The notes under the pieces are model-generated. The model was not told the DNA's origin. It searched no databases and was given only the letters and a program-made list of their open reading frames with translations. A stretch of 64,000 bases of DNA from a virus (taxonomy: Duplodnaviria > Caudoviricetes): positions 1-64,000 of the IMG/VR virus record IMGVR_UViG_3300011008_000023, one strand, 5' to 3'. This document shows, one piece after another, positions 22,601-33,000 of the stretch. A program made the translations under genes and the position numbers. Each line of letters opens with the position of its first letter. Position 1 is the stretch's first letter.

Positions 22601-24053
22601 TGCTAATGTACTTACTATTAGGAGGCAAGGGATGCCAGATATTGTCCAGAAGTTAGGTAATGAATTTGATAGTGTGCAGTTCTTTAAAGATTTGGAAAAT
22701 GCTAATTTCCAAATTAATATTCCTTTGGAATCTTTAAATGACCCTACAATGCTAAAAGTCTATGATGATTCTGGAGCACTAATGACCACTGTTGATAGTA
22801 TGAGAACTGCAGGAATGTCATATTCCATCTACATGACTGATGCCTCTGGTAAACCCATAATGATAACTCCTGCTGGAAATGCTGTTCCCGGTACTGGTAA
22901 GAGTGAATTTAGAAAGTACACAAGTGTTAGAGTTGAAAATACTACCTATAGACTTGAAAATGGTCAGTGGGTTAATAACAACACTGGAACTAAGGTAAAT
23001 CCAGGAACTGCTTTAGAGAGGTCTTGCTATTATAATCGAGATATCCAAGAAGGAAATTGGAGACCATTTAATGCTGAGAAAGGTAAAGAATATTATGACG
23101 TTATAACAAGAGATGGAAAACACATAGTAGTTACAAGAGATAGTTTCGGAAATATTGAGGAATTAGGAGTTGAAGAATCTAGTGCTATTTTTGCTGAGGT
23201 ACAGCGTAAAGTTGAAAATCAAATTAGAGCCAAGAATCTTGAAGATGTAGATTTAGGAGAGGATACTTCTGTGGTATCTCCTATGGAAATGAGCCTAGAA
23301 GATATTACTTTAGAACAGATTAATCAGCAAGCAGTAGGAAACTTTGAAGCTCCTCCAGTTAGTTCCACTAAGACACAGCAACAACCCATAACACAAAAAC
23401 AGTTGGATGAGTATTTAGATGAATTTAGACCTATTCAGGATAAGTCTTTAGATAAAGTAGGTTATGAAACTAGTGTTAGGATTAGAGGTGAGATTAAAAA
23501 TGGTAAATATTATAAAATACATGAATATGATTTAAAGAAGTCCACAGAAGAACTACTCTCAGAAATAGAACAAATGAGAGAGGCACTGAAGAAAGATAGA
23601 AAATTTTTAGAACAACGTAGGAAAGAGTCTGCAGGAGAAAAAAGCAGTGAAGCTTTGCGAGGACCATTAGCTCTTATAGAATTACATACAAAAAGAGCTA
23701 TAGCAGCACTAGAGGTACTATATCAAAGATTAAATGAGTCAGCTGCAGCTACTACAGAAGAAGTTGTTAAAGAAGTTAAAGAATCACAACCACAACAGTC
23801 TAAGGAAGTTATTATGGACTTAGGAAAAAAATCACTTTCTGAGTTGCAAAATACAAAAAATTTAACTACCTTTGATGCAATTGCTAAGAGTACTAAGTAT
23901 GGAGATGAACTGTATAAGGTATTAGAGAGTAAGGGCTGGGGTATAACTGGTGACTTTGCATCTGATGCTGAAATACTTAAGCAACATAATATTACCATTA
24001 CTGGAGTGAGCAATGTTGAGGATTGGATAAATTTTATTAGAGATTGTAGATAA
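16617..24053 (+). CDS. Giant ejected virion protein (2478 aa)
   Basis: Long helical/coiled-coil ORF with Gly-rich hydrophobic segments; first of three giant genes typical of crassviruses. Carries SH3/Tudor-like and GrpE-like segments. Confidence 0.75.
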   Translation: MSTPNYQGIIKPKGLEGLKGLRGWNELSQEEQSSWLESHPKAKGVSPLEMSIAFRNNNYLETLGPEVYNTYDIDTLGELYKDKVVNDAFGDYYKNDSNFQVLNSLTTDSKQELLESGYLNEEESKKQSDILYESYAKGMQEAAKFAPAAPGTGGITTWDTKDVWEKKEATRREEEIEAIIAKDNKKKVADSKEDIDALFNFYTNAQEAWVKASNMLQDVMDGKETPSSVVSYMALNGIITPEQGKTLLGRNTEQQLNLIGEILAKSDFNPSRIDTMYDNIARPQTVQGTSEFGEVEDYQMPGSRTYNALKDTNRFKNFSASDKLREYVTWQVLANKYGVTDAISNLETSMMDYANEHENFGNWITDVGLNVTLGGIANIMNKVNAVGNLITEAWYGSEALAYKLSGKNIDGTDREQHEDNGVFSIFNWFSDNWDNPYYWSKVDEYNTLDPLQIAEFDANGGISPMVTVRPPDEVVPFFSTETLKEALKMSKFVWSDYLTGRLLGGMSSAATAGATKIGGLGFGKVVNTAGAIGTVAASGMGIAESYGVMTYEQAYQQMMESLDTKRDAAAKSYVEELMQSPKSQKEINDVIAKLKKQNPDISEEEIRKSVEADFINYHTQQFHNSDDSIKARAEDEKVARKAAANAYMVDATIEELRMALANFTFRKYLFDKGTRAALGDNTNYSKVATGADGLLQDSPVLNKVWSTIKPVWGGFTSNYFDDVTVGFGKGFGLEQYNSYLQSKYDATKAVASSDYTLSFLEGLGGGYSGAMEALGDRQSFYDGFVGALGAPISVMPRLSRAERSDALRKMNREDANNLTAGEWINKWFMNPLLEAYYEEMGKQARTAEKLPIVNKEVADHKDALENINQLIIGLNSVADADISGSHIQRADAKANQAFELLYTMNGLRSAPLIAEHPLIEHAAEEIDRLASGKITDAEITAFLSQPGNKTFGQGEEARAAAAERIKKNAKSLQEMNKKISKVRQSLEDSVLGKDINSGLKEQMVYQLVMDEAWQERLTSIENTLSGKPDAASGQRSSNLLNRGHNAVAAYGSSAEFERQWNAHQEVVRDLDKQIENQKRSLAAATKAYQDILKDPKATSEEITALKNLALMFNLQLQSVLEARREADAKAKELKRDASVFKDGEVPVLSAEQILSLNPVDRNTILDKKNRNNYSAEQQVAIDEALTILKTRTPDAEQLLSDAATLSTRIKDNKKAYRRIQENPDAASAYYTTIVTGREEQLKKVFAQRRLEDAYRKFDSATTDEELLSIAKQSLNSKELGMKSKHLDSYIKRNPKKSNILSGLRDVAKIREDAYEAVKTVVSNPTVRAILVQQVVEATNDANNSTEAMAALESLMDIQTDAVAKRQYDMILENMKSLGHQRDATKIRDRKLERQRKQEAEVKRLEEEAKKDGKNYHWEGFKVGDTVYNKKTGGKATVVGFEKEDIIVLEFKYKDGTTGRDRFSAEKYRNSLTKEEPSPENNRRGDKQIKKSLRDLSAATTLEEKASAIAFYDTNKYRGAETTAEEDTQVQKAKDELKAAGIEYIDMLGKPYHDGMIVTANFVEDDTLEPGKQIITAVRRPQLNKDGKMIQSAKITVSQNSNLTPKGAVQPTKDSPISNPSGAELTQIEDVNLSVDSDGKINSPSAEHQAAAEESKVISVPTVDVSEQGNKIVEDTNYTISGNRYVIYSIDGLKGGKVEIEVPENPNSIFGKYKEWITNNNIKIQEIIDEEFGRILEDNPDIKIRFMKFNPRKSDIGYKLQNNFINVIELTPELRNKYHKEERGGVIQVDGKSWLVVGITGFENGNIAQRKAYDTMKAPINKRRDAYFANNKDADYYVDPVAYSQVQNTTSGRIVNQRLGQEAPTLKKVSELLKSAGMSLKQAMFGIQTGEAGQKSFATTKNVKSNIKVFPPRNVEDNRGRTFILIDTANGNKIPGMIEPAMYRDLAEDSPLKEMINSTIAQLFSTSYETRLEAIKQLCGLLVLNDSKNILIGKKDANVLTIRRQGMPDIVQKLGNEFDSVQFFKDLENANFQINIPLESLNDPTMLKVYDDSGALMTTVDSMRTAGMSYSIYMTDASGKPIMITPAGNAVPGTGKSEFRKYTSVRVENTTYRLENGQWVNNNTGTKVNPGTALERSCYYNRDIQEGNWRPFNAEKGKEYYDVITRDGKHIVVTRDSFGNIEELGVEESSAIFAEVQRKVENQIRAKNLEDVDLGEDTSVVSPMEMSLEDITLEQINQQAVGNFEAPPVSSTKTQQQPITQKQLDEYLDEFRPIQDKSLDKVGYETSVRIRGEIKNGKYYKIHEYDLKKSTEELLSEIEQMREALKKDRKFLEQRRKESAGEKSSEALRGPLALIELHTKRAIAALEVLYQRLNESAAATTEEVVKEVKESQPQQSKEVIMDLGKKSLSELQNTKNLTTFDAIAKSTKYGDELYKVLESKGWGITGDFASDAEILKQHNITITGVSNVEDWINFIRDCR

Positions 24054-24054
24054 T

Positions 24055-27000
24055 ATGAGTGTATGTGTAAATACTAATTCTAAAGAATTTAAGGATACTG
24101 CTAAGAGATTAGATATTAGTGAGTCCTCTTTAGAAAATATTGTACATGAGTATATGAATACCGAGGGGAATGTCAATTCATTCCCTTCGGATTCTTATAT
24201 TTTGTCTAAAGTTACTGGTGAACCCCTTACTGAGATTTCTGAGAAAGCTCAAAAATTAATTGATTTAAAATATAGTAGACCATTTGTTGTAGATACCTAT
24301 GAAGAGGCTAGAGCTATAGCAAATGAAATGTCTCAGTATTTTGACCCAAAGCATATAGGAATAAAAGAAAACCATAGTGGCAAATATGAGGTTTCACTTG
24401 CTGCAATGAAAACTCTTATAAAAGAACAATATAAGGGAAAACTAATCTTTGCCCAATCTGGCACTGGTAAAACTAGTATTGCGGACAATGTTAATTTAAT
24501 TGACTCTGATTACTTATTAGGACAAATACTTGGGGTGCCTACATCATTAGCTGGCGATGCCTTTAAGTTACTTGGGTTTAATGAGAAACGAGAAATTGGT
24601 GCTAAATATAGAGAGTTAATTAGACAGAAAATTGCAGAAGGTAAAACTGTAGTTACTGCTAATTTAAGTATGATGTCTGAAGCAGATGTTATAGTATATA
24701 ATGAATCTGCTGAATTATCTAATGCAAGAACATCTGCAGAGGATAGAGCTAATCAGTTTACTAATAACGAGTACCAAATAGAATCTCTTAATAGAATTAA
24801 TGAGTTTCTTGCTCAAAACCCTAATACTGAGGCACATAAGTTAGGAGCGGGACAGTTTCTAAGTAGTGTTATTCTTAATGACCCCAACTTTAATGTATTT
24901 ACAGATAGAGTTCAGAATAACACTCTTAATAATATGCTGAATGACTTTGTTCATAATTTTGGTATTAATATAGAAGAGTATCAGGGAGATATTCCTTTAT
25001 TTAATGCTGTAGACAGAGTCATTAAAGCTAGGAGTGCAGAAGACCTTCCAGATGCGGTTGGAGAAGCCGTTGCTTTTATGATGCAATATAATCCAGATGT
25101 TAAGAATTATATTGCAGAGAGAGTTGTTGAAGATGGTAAATTTACAAGAGAACAAATGTTTGACTCTAAGGGTAGGGTAAAACATATTTATAACACCACT
25201 CCATTTGCTCCAGTTAAAGCTGATTATTTTAAAGAGGTAGGAAAAGAAATAGCCAAGCAACTTAGAAGACTTTATGCAGAAGCAAATAATATACACACAG
25301 AAGAAATTAAAGACCCCTTTATTAAAAGAATTTGGAATATTATTTCAGAATTCTTTAATAAGATTTTACCTAGAAAAGAAATGGTGTCCTCTCTTAGTTT
25401 AGCTCAAGAGAGATTAACTAACTATGCTAAAAAAACAGCAAGAGGAATATTGTCTAATAATGAAGGCCTTATAATAGCTTCTTTAAGCAAACCTGGAGAA
25501 AAAGGAGAAGCAAAACTTGCTACTCCGGTAAATGTATATGAAGCATTCAAAAATAATCCCTATGAAAGGAGTATTATTGAGAAAATGACTTCTGAAGGTA
25601 TACAATTAGCTGGTTCAACTTCTATAGCTATTTATGGACGAGTGCTTCGCCCAGCAGAAAATCCTTTTCATGATTTGGATTTTGCTTCTCCAAATTGGAC
25701 AGCAGCCCAATTGGAAGATATGTTAAAACGCCAATTCACAAATTATCAATCAACTAATGTCATATCAGATGACTCTGGTGAAGTAACAACTAGAAGTTAT
25801 GTTATCTTAAATAGACCATTCAGTATAGAACCATCTAAGTTGGGTGAGAGTTTCTTTAGACTAGTGGATAATGAGACTGGAGAGGTTCTTGGCTCTCTTA
25901 ATGGGAAGAAAACAGAATTTGTTTCACTTTCTGAGGGTGTTGAAGGAAAGGTATTAGACTTTTTTGTCACTCCTGATAAATATGCCCCTCTTACATATAA
26001 TTACAATGGTGTAGATTATCTTATTTCAAATCCTAAAAATGCTTTAGATGCTAAGATATCTTGGATGAGATTAAAGGATATCTTTGACTTTAATAGAGCA
26101 ATAATGAATGATTTTACTCCTACAGAGTTACCATTAGCATTAAGAGAATATTCCTCAGAAATGCAGGAAATAAAGGATGCTGCAATTAGCAATGGTACCT
26201 TTATGAAAGCACCAAATGGAAAGTCAACCAATCTTACTGAGAGACAGTGGCTCCAAGTTAGGACTAAAGCATTTAAAGACTGGTTTGGTGATTGGGAGAG
26301 AGCCAGTGAGTTTAATACTTCTTCTAGTATTAATAAGTTTAACATCTCTGCAATAGACACTTCCAGAGTGGATATTAAAGAAGTGGATAAGGCTTGGAGA
26401 AGTGACCCAAATCGTAAAAACAAAACTCTAAGAATTTATATTAAAGACCAGCATAACAAAGGGTATTTTGAATTAGTAAAAGACGAAGAGTTTGGACAAT
26501 ATAGTGTTCATTTTAAAACTTCAAAAGAGGGAGCTAAATACAATGCTGAAAATACAGACTTTACTACTAAAGAAGAAAGAAAAATTCTCTTTGAAGAGCT
26601 TGTAAAAGCAATTCCAGAGGGTGCTATAGTATCTACTTGGGGCAGTCTTTCTGAGGATGGTGTAAGGGGGCTGAATAATGTTGGTAGAGACATGTTACAG
26701 ATTGGAACAAGAGAAGTAACTCTTAAATCCAATGGTGATTCCTTCAAAATTCCAATCTACAGAAAAGGCAGTGTAGTTTCTCAAGTGGTTGATAACAATG
26801 GTGAGCCTTTGGTTGTTTATCATGGTAGTAGTAAAAAGTTTAGAGAATTTGCGTCTAAATACACTATAGGAGAAGACAGTGGATTCTTTTTTAGCTCAGA
26901 TAGAAAATATGCAGAACAATTTGGGCAAGAGATGTATCCGGTATTTTTGAATATGAGAACTCCTATGGTGGCAGGTGACATACCATTACATAGAGACACA

Positions 27001-30000
27001 TTGTATTCTATTTTTGCAGAGAGTCAGGAGTCTGTAGACTATATGAATGCTGCTGACGGTATTATAGGAAATGACATCCCTGATGGGAAATTAACTCCGT
27101 CAACAGGCTTTGAATTCATGGTGTATAAACCAAACCAAATAAAATCTGCTACTGAAAACTCCGGTGAGTTTGATGCTCAAACTAATGATATATATTATAA
27201 TATTGAAGGAAAGTCTCTTAGAGAATTTTTAAGAGATAAAGGTCTTATTCATACATATGACCCCTCTTTAGGAAATACTGATGCTAAGGCAATGTATGTT
27301 ACTAAGGGAGATGGCACATATTCTATGAAGTCTATTATCAATGAAATCTATACAACTCTAAGGATGAATGGTATTTCTCCTACTGCTGTGAGTTTTGAAA
27401 GAACTAAGGAAGGAAATGCCATGAGGGTCATATTTAATAATAGAGAAGATGCTATTTTAAAAGAGAGAAATAAGAAGCTAGCAGATATAAAGAAAACTGT
27501 AGATTTCTTACAAGCTAGAATTCCCGCCCTTAAAGGAAGAGTACACTATGCAACAATAGAAGAAGCAGAGAATGCTTTAGGGAGAAAACTTAAAGCCAAT
27601 GAAAATAGCTTTGTAAAGAATGGTCAGGTATATCTTATAGGTAGAAGATTCACCCAAGACATTGCTATTGAAGAGTGTTTGCATCCATTTACAGCCACTC
27701 TTAAATATGAGAATCCTTTCTTGTATAATAGATTACTTGCTGAAGCTAGAGAAACTTTTCCTAAGCTTTGGGAAGACATTGTTTCTAATTACTCTAACAA
27801 GGATTTCTCTGTTGCAGACCGTGAGAATGAGTTAATTACTCAGGCTTTAGCTCGTAATTTTAGGGAAGTGTATAATACAACAGAAGAATCTCAGAGAAAA
27901 ACCTTTGTACAATATGCAAAGCAGTTTATCAATTGGTTTAGAAACTTATTCTATAGAGTTAATCCTATGACTGGTAATCAAATTATTGATTTGGATACCA
28001 TTAAGCCTGATATGACTTTTAGAGAATTAGCAGAGTTAATAAATACATCTGATACTGAGTTCTCTGTAGGATTTGAAGAGAAGACTAGATTCAATAAAGA
28101 AAGACTTCAAATTAGTGATTATGAGAAAGAATTCATCACTGAAAGCATTGTACTTCCTGGAGTATCTTCAGAAACTCTTAAGAAAGTAAGTGTATTGTGG
28201 GATGATACTTTTTCTTCAGAAAATTCACCATATGAAGAGGTAACTATACCACTGTCTACTTGGAGTTCTCTTGCTGTGGATTCTCCTGTCCATGTTGGTA
28301 AAGATGTTAGTGACGCAGCTAAAGCCTCAGATAAAATGGCCTCACAAACTTCAGTGCCTTCTTTAAATATTCTTTCTGAACTATATGAATCGGAATATGA
28401 AGAACCTTTTGAATTTAATAATAGAACAGTAACTCTTCCCAGGAGTGCTCTTAATGTTGCCAAAATTGCTAAAGAAATAAGTAATAATTCTGAGGAATAT
28501 GCCTCCTTTATGGATGCAGTATATGCTGCTCTAAGAAGTAGTAACCTTAATTTAGACGCCTCTATTATATCAGATGTAGAAGCTATACAATTCATTATGG
28601 ATGAAATGGAGAACTTTGGGGACTTCCTTTCTTTGGTTGGCGGAGAATTCTATTATTCTGATAGCAGACAGGGACTCTTATTTGATGAAGAGGGTAACCC
28701 TACAGAAGATGCTCGTGTTGATGAAGATGGACTATCAGTAGTTAAGCCTGTAGAGGTAAGACCTGAGTTATCTAAATTCCAAGATGCTACATCGAAAATG
28801 ATTACTCAATTAAATAATCTCCTTGATAGTGACTTAATGTCTAACACTGAGGTGAGACATGTTGCAGAGCAAGCTGTATATTTCTTAAGTGATAGTATTA
28901 CAGATTTTCTAGAAAATCCATCCAGAGTATTTGAGATATTTCCTGAGCTGGGAGTTAAAGAGGGTAAACCAATGACTGCAGAAGAGCAGCAGAAAGAGAT
29001 TGAGAGAATAAAGGGAATGAGTAGAGTAGAATTAGCTAAATATCTTACCCCAGAAAGGCTAATTGAATTTACTAAAGCAAGGTTGTTTTCCCCAGAGGGA
29101 AATCCAAATATTAATAATAGAAAACTTATTAAGAAAGCACAGCTTATTAGAGACAACTTTGATGCTATTATTAGATTTGCTAATGATGCATTTGCTATTG
29201 TAGAAGACTTTGCTATTACCTCTGTAGACAATAAACTTTCTATAGTAGAGGACATGGTACCTACTACTGAGGACTATAATAATACAAATGATGCAGCTAC
29301 TATTTTAGAGAATGAAGGCAGCTTACAGGAGCATTGGCAAATTGAGTCAAGAACTCTTGATATAATGTCATTAATGTCTCAGCTAGTTAAGCAAGCTTTA
29401 AATAAATGTTTCCAAATAAGAATTAATCCAGAAACTGGTGTTGAAGAGTATGTTCTTAGTGAATTTGGAATAGCAGAGAGAATGAATGCTAAGGATGCTA
29501 CAGCTTCTATTCTTAGGTGGACAAGAGGTGCAGAGAGCCTAAGTCACATGCTTCAAATACTTGATAGTAAGAGTGCAGAGAATCCTTGGGTCAAGCAAAT
29601 TACTGATAGACTTAAAGATAATAGTGGAAATGAAGCTGATTTTCAGAGCCAATTCTACGGAGTCTTTGCAAAAGCCTTCCAGCCATATTCTATAATTCTA
29701 AGAGAAAAGAATAGCAAAACAAATGAGTATGAATATAAAAGCATCCAAGTTAATCAACACCCAGCTTTAACAGATGCTGTTCAAGCTATAGAAGTGGCCT
29801 TCAAGACTAATAACCATCCTTTATTTGACAATATGAAAATAAGGAAGGATTCACTTGATACTCTTACTGCAATTACTGATACACTGTTTGAGAAGGCTAA
29901 AAATAAACTTGAAGAAAATGACAGAGCCGAAATAGTTGACCTAATACTTAAGGCTGCAACTGCTTTGGGACACACAACTGACGCTAATCTTGTTAATTTA

Positions 30001-33000
30001 GCACTTGATAGTAACGCCACATTTAATACCTTAGTTAATAAATTAAAAGCTATTTCAGCTAATTTAAATGCAGCATTAACTAAGGAAAATTATGACCCAT
30101 TCAAATTTAAAGGAGAAAACAGTATTGGTGGATACCTTAGAGATTTCTTAAAGCCTCTTACTGAGAAATTAGAGGAAACTGCAGTGTCATCATTCTATGA
30201 CAGTGGTAAGATGTATCAATCTTATGTTACTCCATCATATCTCACAGTAATGATGAACCATTTTACTAGTGAAGATGCTAGATTTCAAGAGTGGTTAGAT
30301 ACAGAGTATGGTCAATATGCATGGTTTAAGAATTCTGATGGTAGCTGGAGAAATGTATGGCTAGAAACTCTTGATGGAATGCCTTTGGAGAGTACTCCTT
30401 CACAGACAGGAAGAAAAGATTTATTTAAGCATAAAGTGCAGCTGAATTTCAACAAGCACAACTACATGAAAAATATGTCTGATGTAGAGTATGCACTATC
30501 CATTATTTCAGAATATTTCTCAGAATTTAATAATGCTAAAGGTAATACAGTTCCTGTATGGTATAGAGTACCTATGATGTCTAATAAACCATCTTCTGAG
30601 TTCTTAAGGATGTATGCTTATACTGGAGCCTTTATGAAACCCAAATTAGTGGATGGTTTTAGTAGAATATTCCAACAAGAGCTTAGTAGAATTCAAACAG
30701 TTGATATTAGAGACTATGATAAGAAGAATCCTAATTTCATCAAGAACTTTGATAAGAATGGTAAGAAGTTCATGATGCTTGATTTCTTTAATAAATATTT
30801 AGAGAATGGAAGTAGTAGAAATACAGAATTAGGAAACCTGATTAATAAGGCAATTAAAGAAGGAACTGCAAGCTTAACTTCAGAAGAAAACTCTAAGATG
30901 AGTCAACTTGTTGCAAAAGAAATTCAGACAAGTATGGATGCTAAAGCTGATGCTATTATCACAAGTTGGAAGTCTAATGGAATATTTGAAGGTGCAAAAC
31001 AAATTGCTAATGTTGGAAAAGAGGATGCTGCTGTAGAGACTAAACTTAGAGAGTTTGTGTGGAACGACACCTTCGCTGCTATGAATATTCTAGAGCTTAC
31101 TATCACAGACCCTGCATTTTATAAAGATGCTGAGGATTTACAGAAAAGGTTAGCACAAATTCATGCTCCAGGTATTAGAGCTAATGTAGAAGCTACTGAC
31201 TATAGTGGTAAGAGAGTTACTGATGGTAAATTTAGAACTATTCTTCTTAAGGACTTTGATGACTTTGTCTCTAATATTAAAGATAATTTAAGAATTGTTT
31301 TTGATAGAAAGCTTAAGGAGCTTGAGAATAGTGGTGTCTCTAAAGAAGATGGTAAATATAGAGCTGCAGCTGCTACTTATGAGAATATTATAGAGCAATT
31401 CAACTACATTAATGTTGCAGATGCTCAAGGATATTCTTCTCCAACTTCTTATAGAAAGAAGGCTTTTATATTTGGTAAATGGAGTAGAAAATCTGAGGAA
31501 ATATACAATAAACTTAAGGAGGGCAAATATACATATAATGATTTGCAAACTGCTTTTCAGCCACTTAAGCCTTTTGTATATGGTCAGATATCTAAACCTG
31601 GAATTGATGTTGCTAGAAGAGATATTGCCACTCCTTTAACTAATTTAAAAGTTCCTGTTCAGTTTAAAAACTCTGAGTATCTTCTTATAATGGCTGATGC
31701 TATCCTTCAGGGAGAAGACACTGGAAAACCTAATCTTCTTAGAGCAATCTATGAAGTGATGGAGGAAAGTGCTGAGAAAGATAGTACTAAGGGTATTGAT
31801 ACTATTCAGTTTGAATCTACCTGTAAATCTGGTTTAATGGCTGCTATCGACATTAAGCAGTTTTATAATGTGAAGGGGGGCGAGACTATGGCTAAATTAG
31901 CCTTAACTCAAGCCATTTATAATGAAGATGGAAGCTACAACACAGATACTTATGTTTATGAAGTGCCTTTTGAAAACTATGCAATTCAGCAGGAAGTTCC
32001 TGAACACTTTAAAGACCATTATCAAGCACATGGCTCTCAGATAAGATATATCATTCCTTCAGACTTAGAATCTGTAAATAGTGAGGGTGAAGTAGTAACT
32101 TATAACTACTTTGACAGAGGTGAAGAAAAAAGACTTACAGCTGAAGAGTTTAAGGCAGAATATGAAGAGAACATTGCTCTGAATATTAATGCAAGTATTG
32201 AAGACCTTGCAGCACAATTAGGAATTGGAAATGACTTTATAAGTAAGAAAGATAGAAACATTGCACTGTCAAATATACTTCTTAAAGAAGTTCTTTCTTC
32301 CCCTAGATATGGTGCTGAGTTAGCTGCTGCCTGTACAGTTAATAGTGAAACTGGAGAATTTAATATTCCTCTTGGTGACCCTATTCAAGCAAAGAGAATT
32401 GAACAGCTCATTAACTCTATTATAAAAAATAGAATTAATAAACAAGAAATTGCTGGAGGTCCAGTTGTTCAGGTTACTAATTTTGGTACTTCCAGAGAAC
32501 TTAATATTAGATTTAAGGACAAAGATGGAAATTTACTTAAAACTAGAGCTGAGTGGGATAAAGAGAGACAAAAACCAACTGGAGTTAATTCTACATTTGC
32601 TACTGTAGCACCCTATTATAACACCAGAATTACCAATGAAAATAAAGAGGATATAACTAGAGCTGTAGAAAGAGATTTTAAAGAACAGGCTAATAGAATT
32701 GCTAAATCTCTCGGATTATCAATTAAAGGCATCTTTACTAATACTGGTGGTTTTCAATTTCAAGAAGGAAAAACAGCAGGACAACAAGTTAGAGAACTTT
32801 CTTATACCTTTGAGTTTAATACTCTTGATACTGAGAAGGTAGACATGTTTGCTTCTTTACTTGGTGACCTTGGGCATGAAAGACAAGAATCAGTTATATC
32901 TTATAATGCCGTTGATACTGCTGAAGAAGCAGATGCTCTTGCTTTTAAGATATCAGTAAATGATATTAAGGGTGTGGCTGATTTAATAGAACAATCTGGT

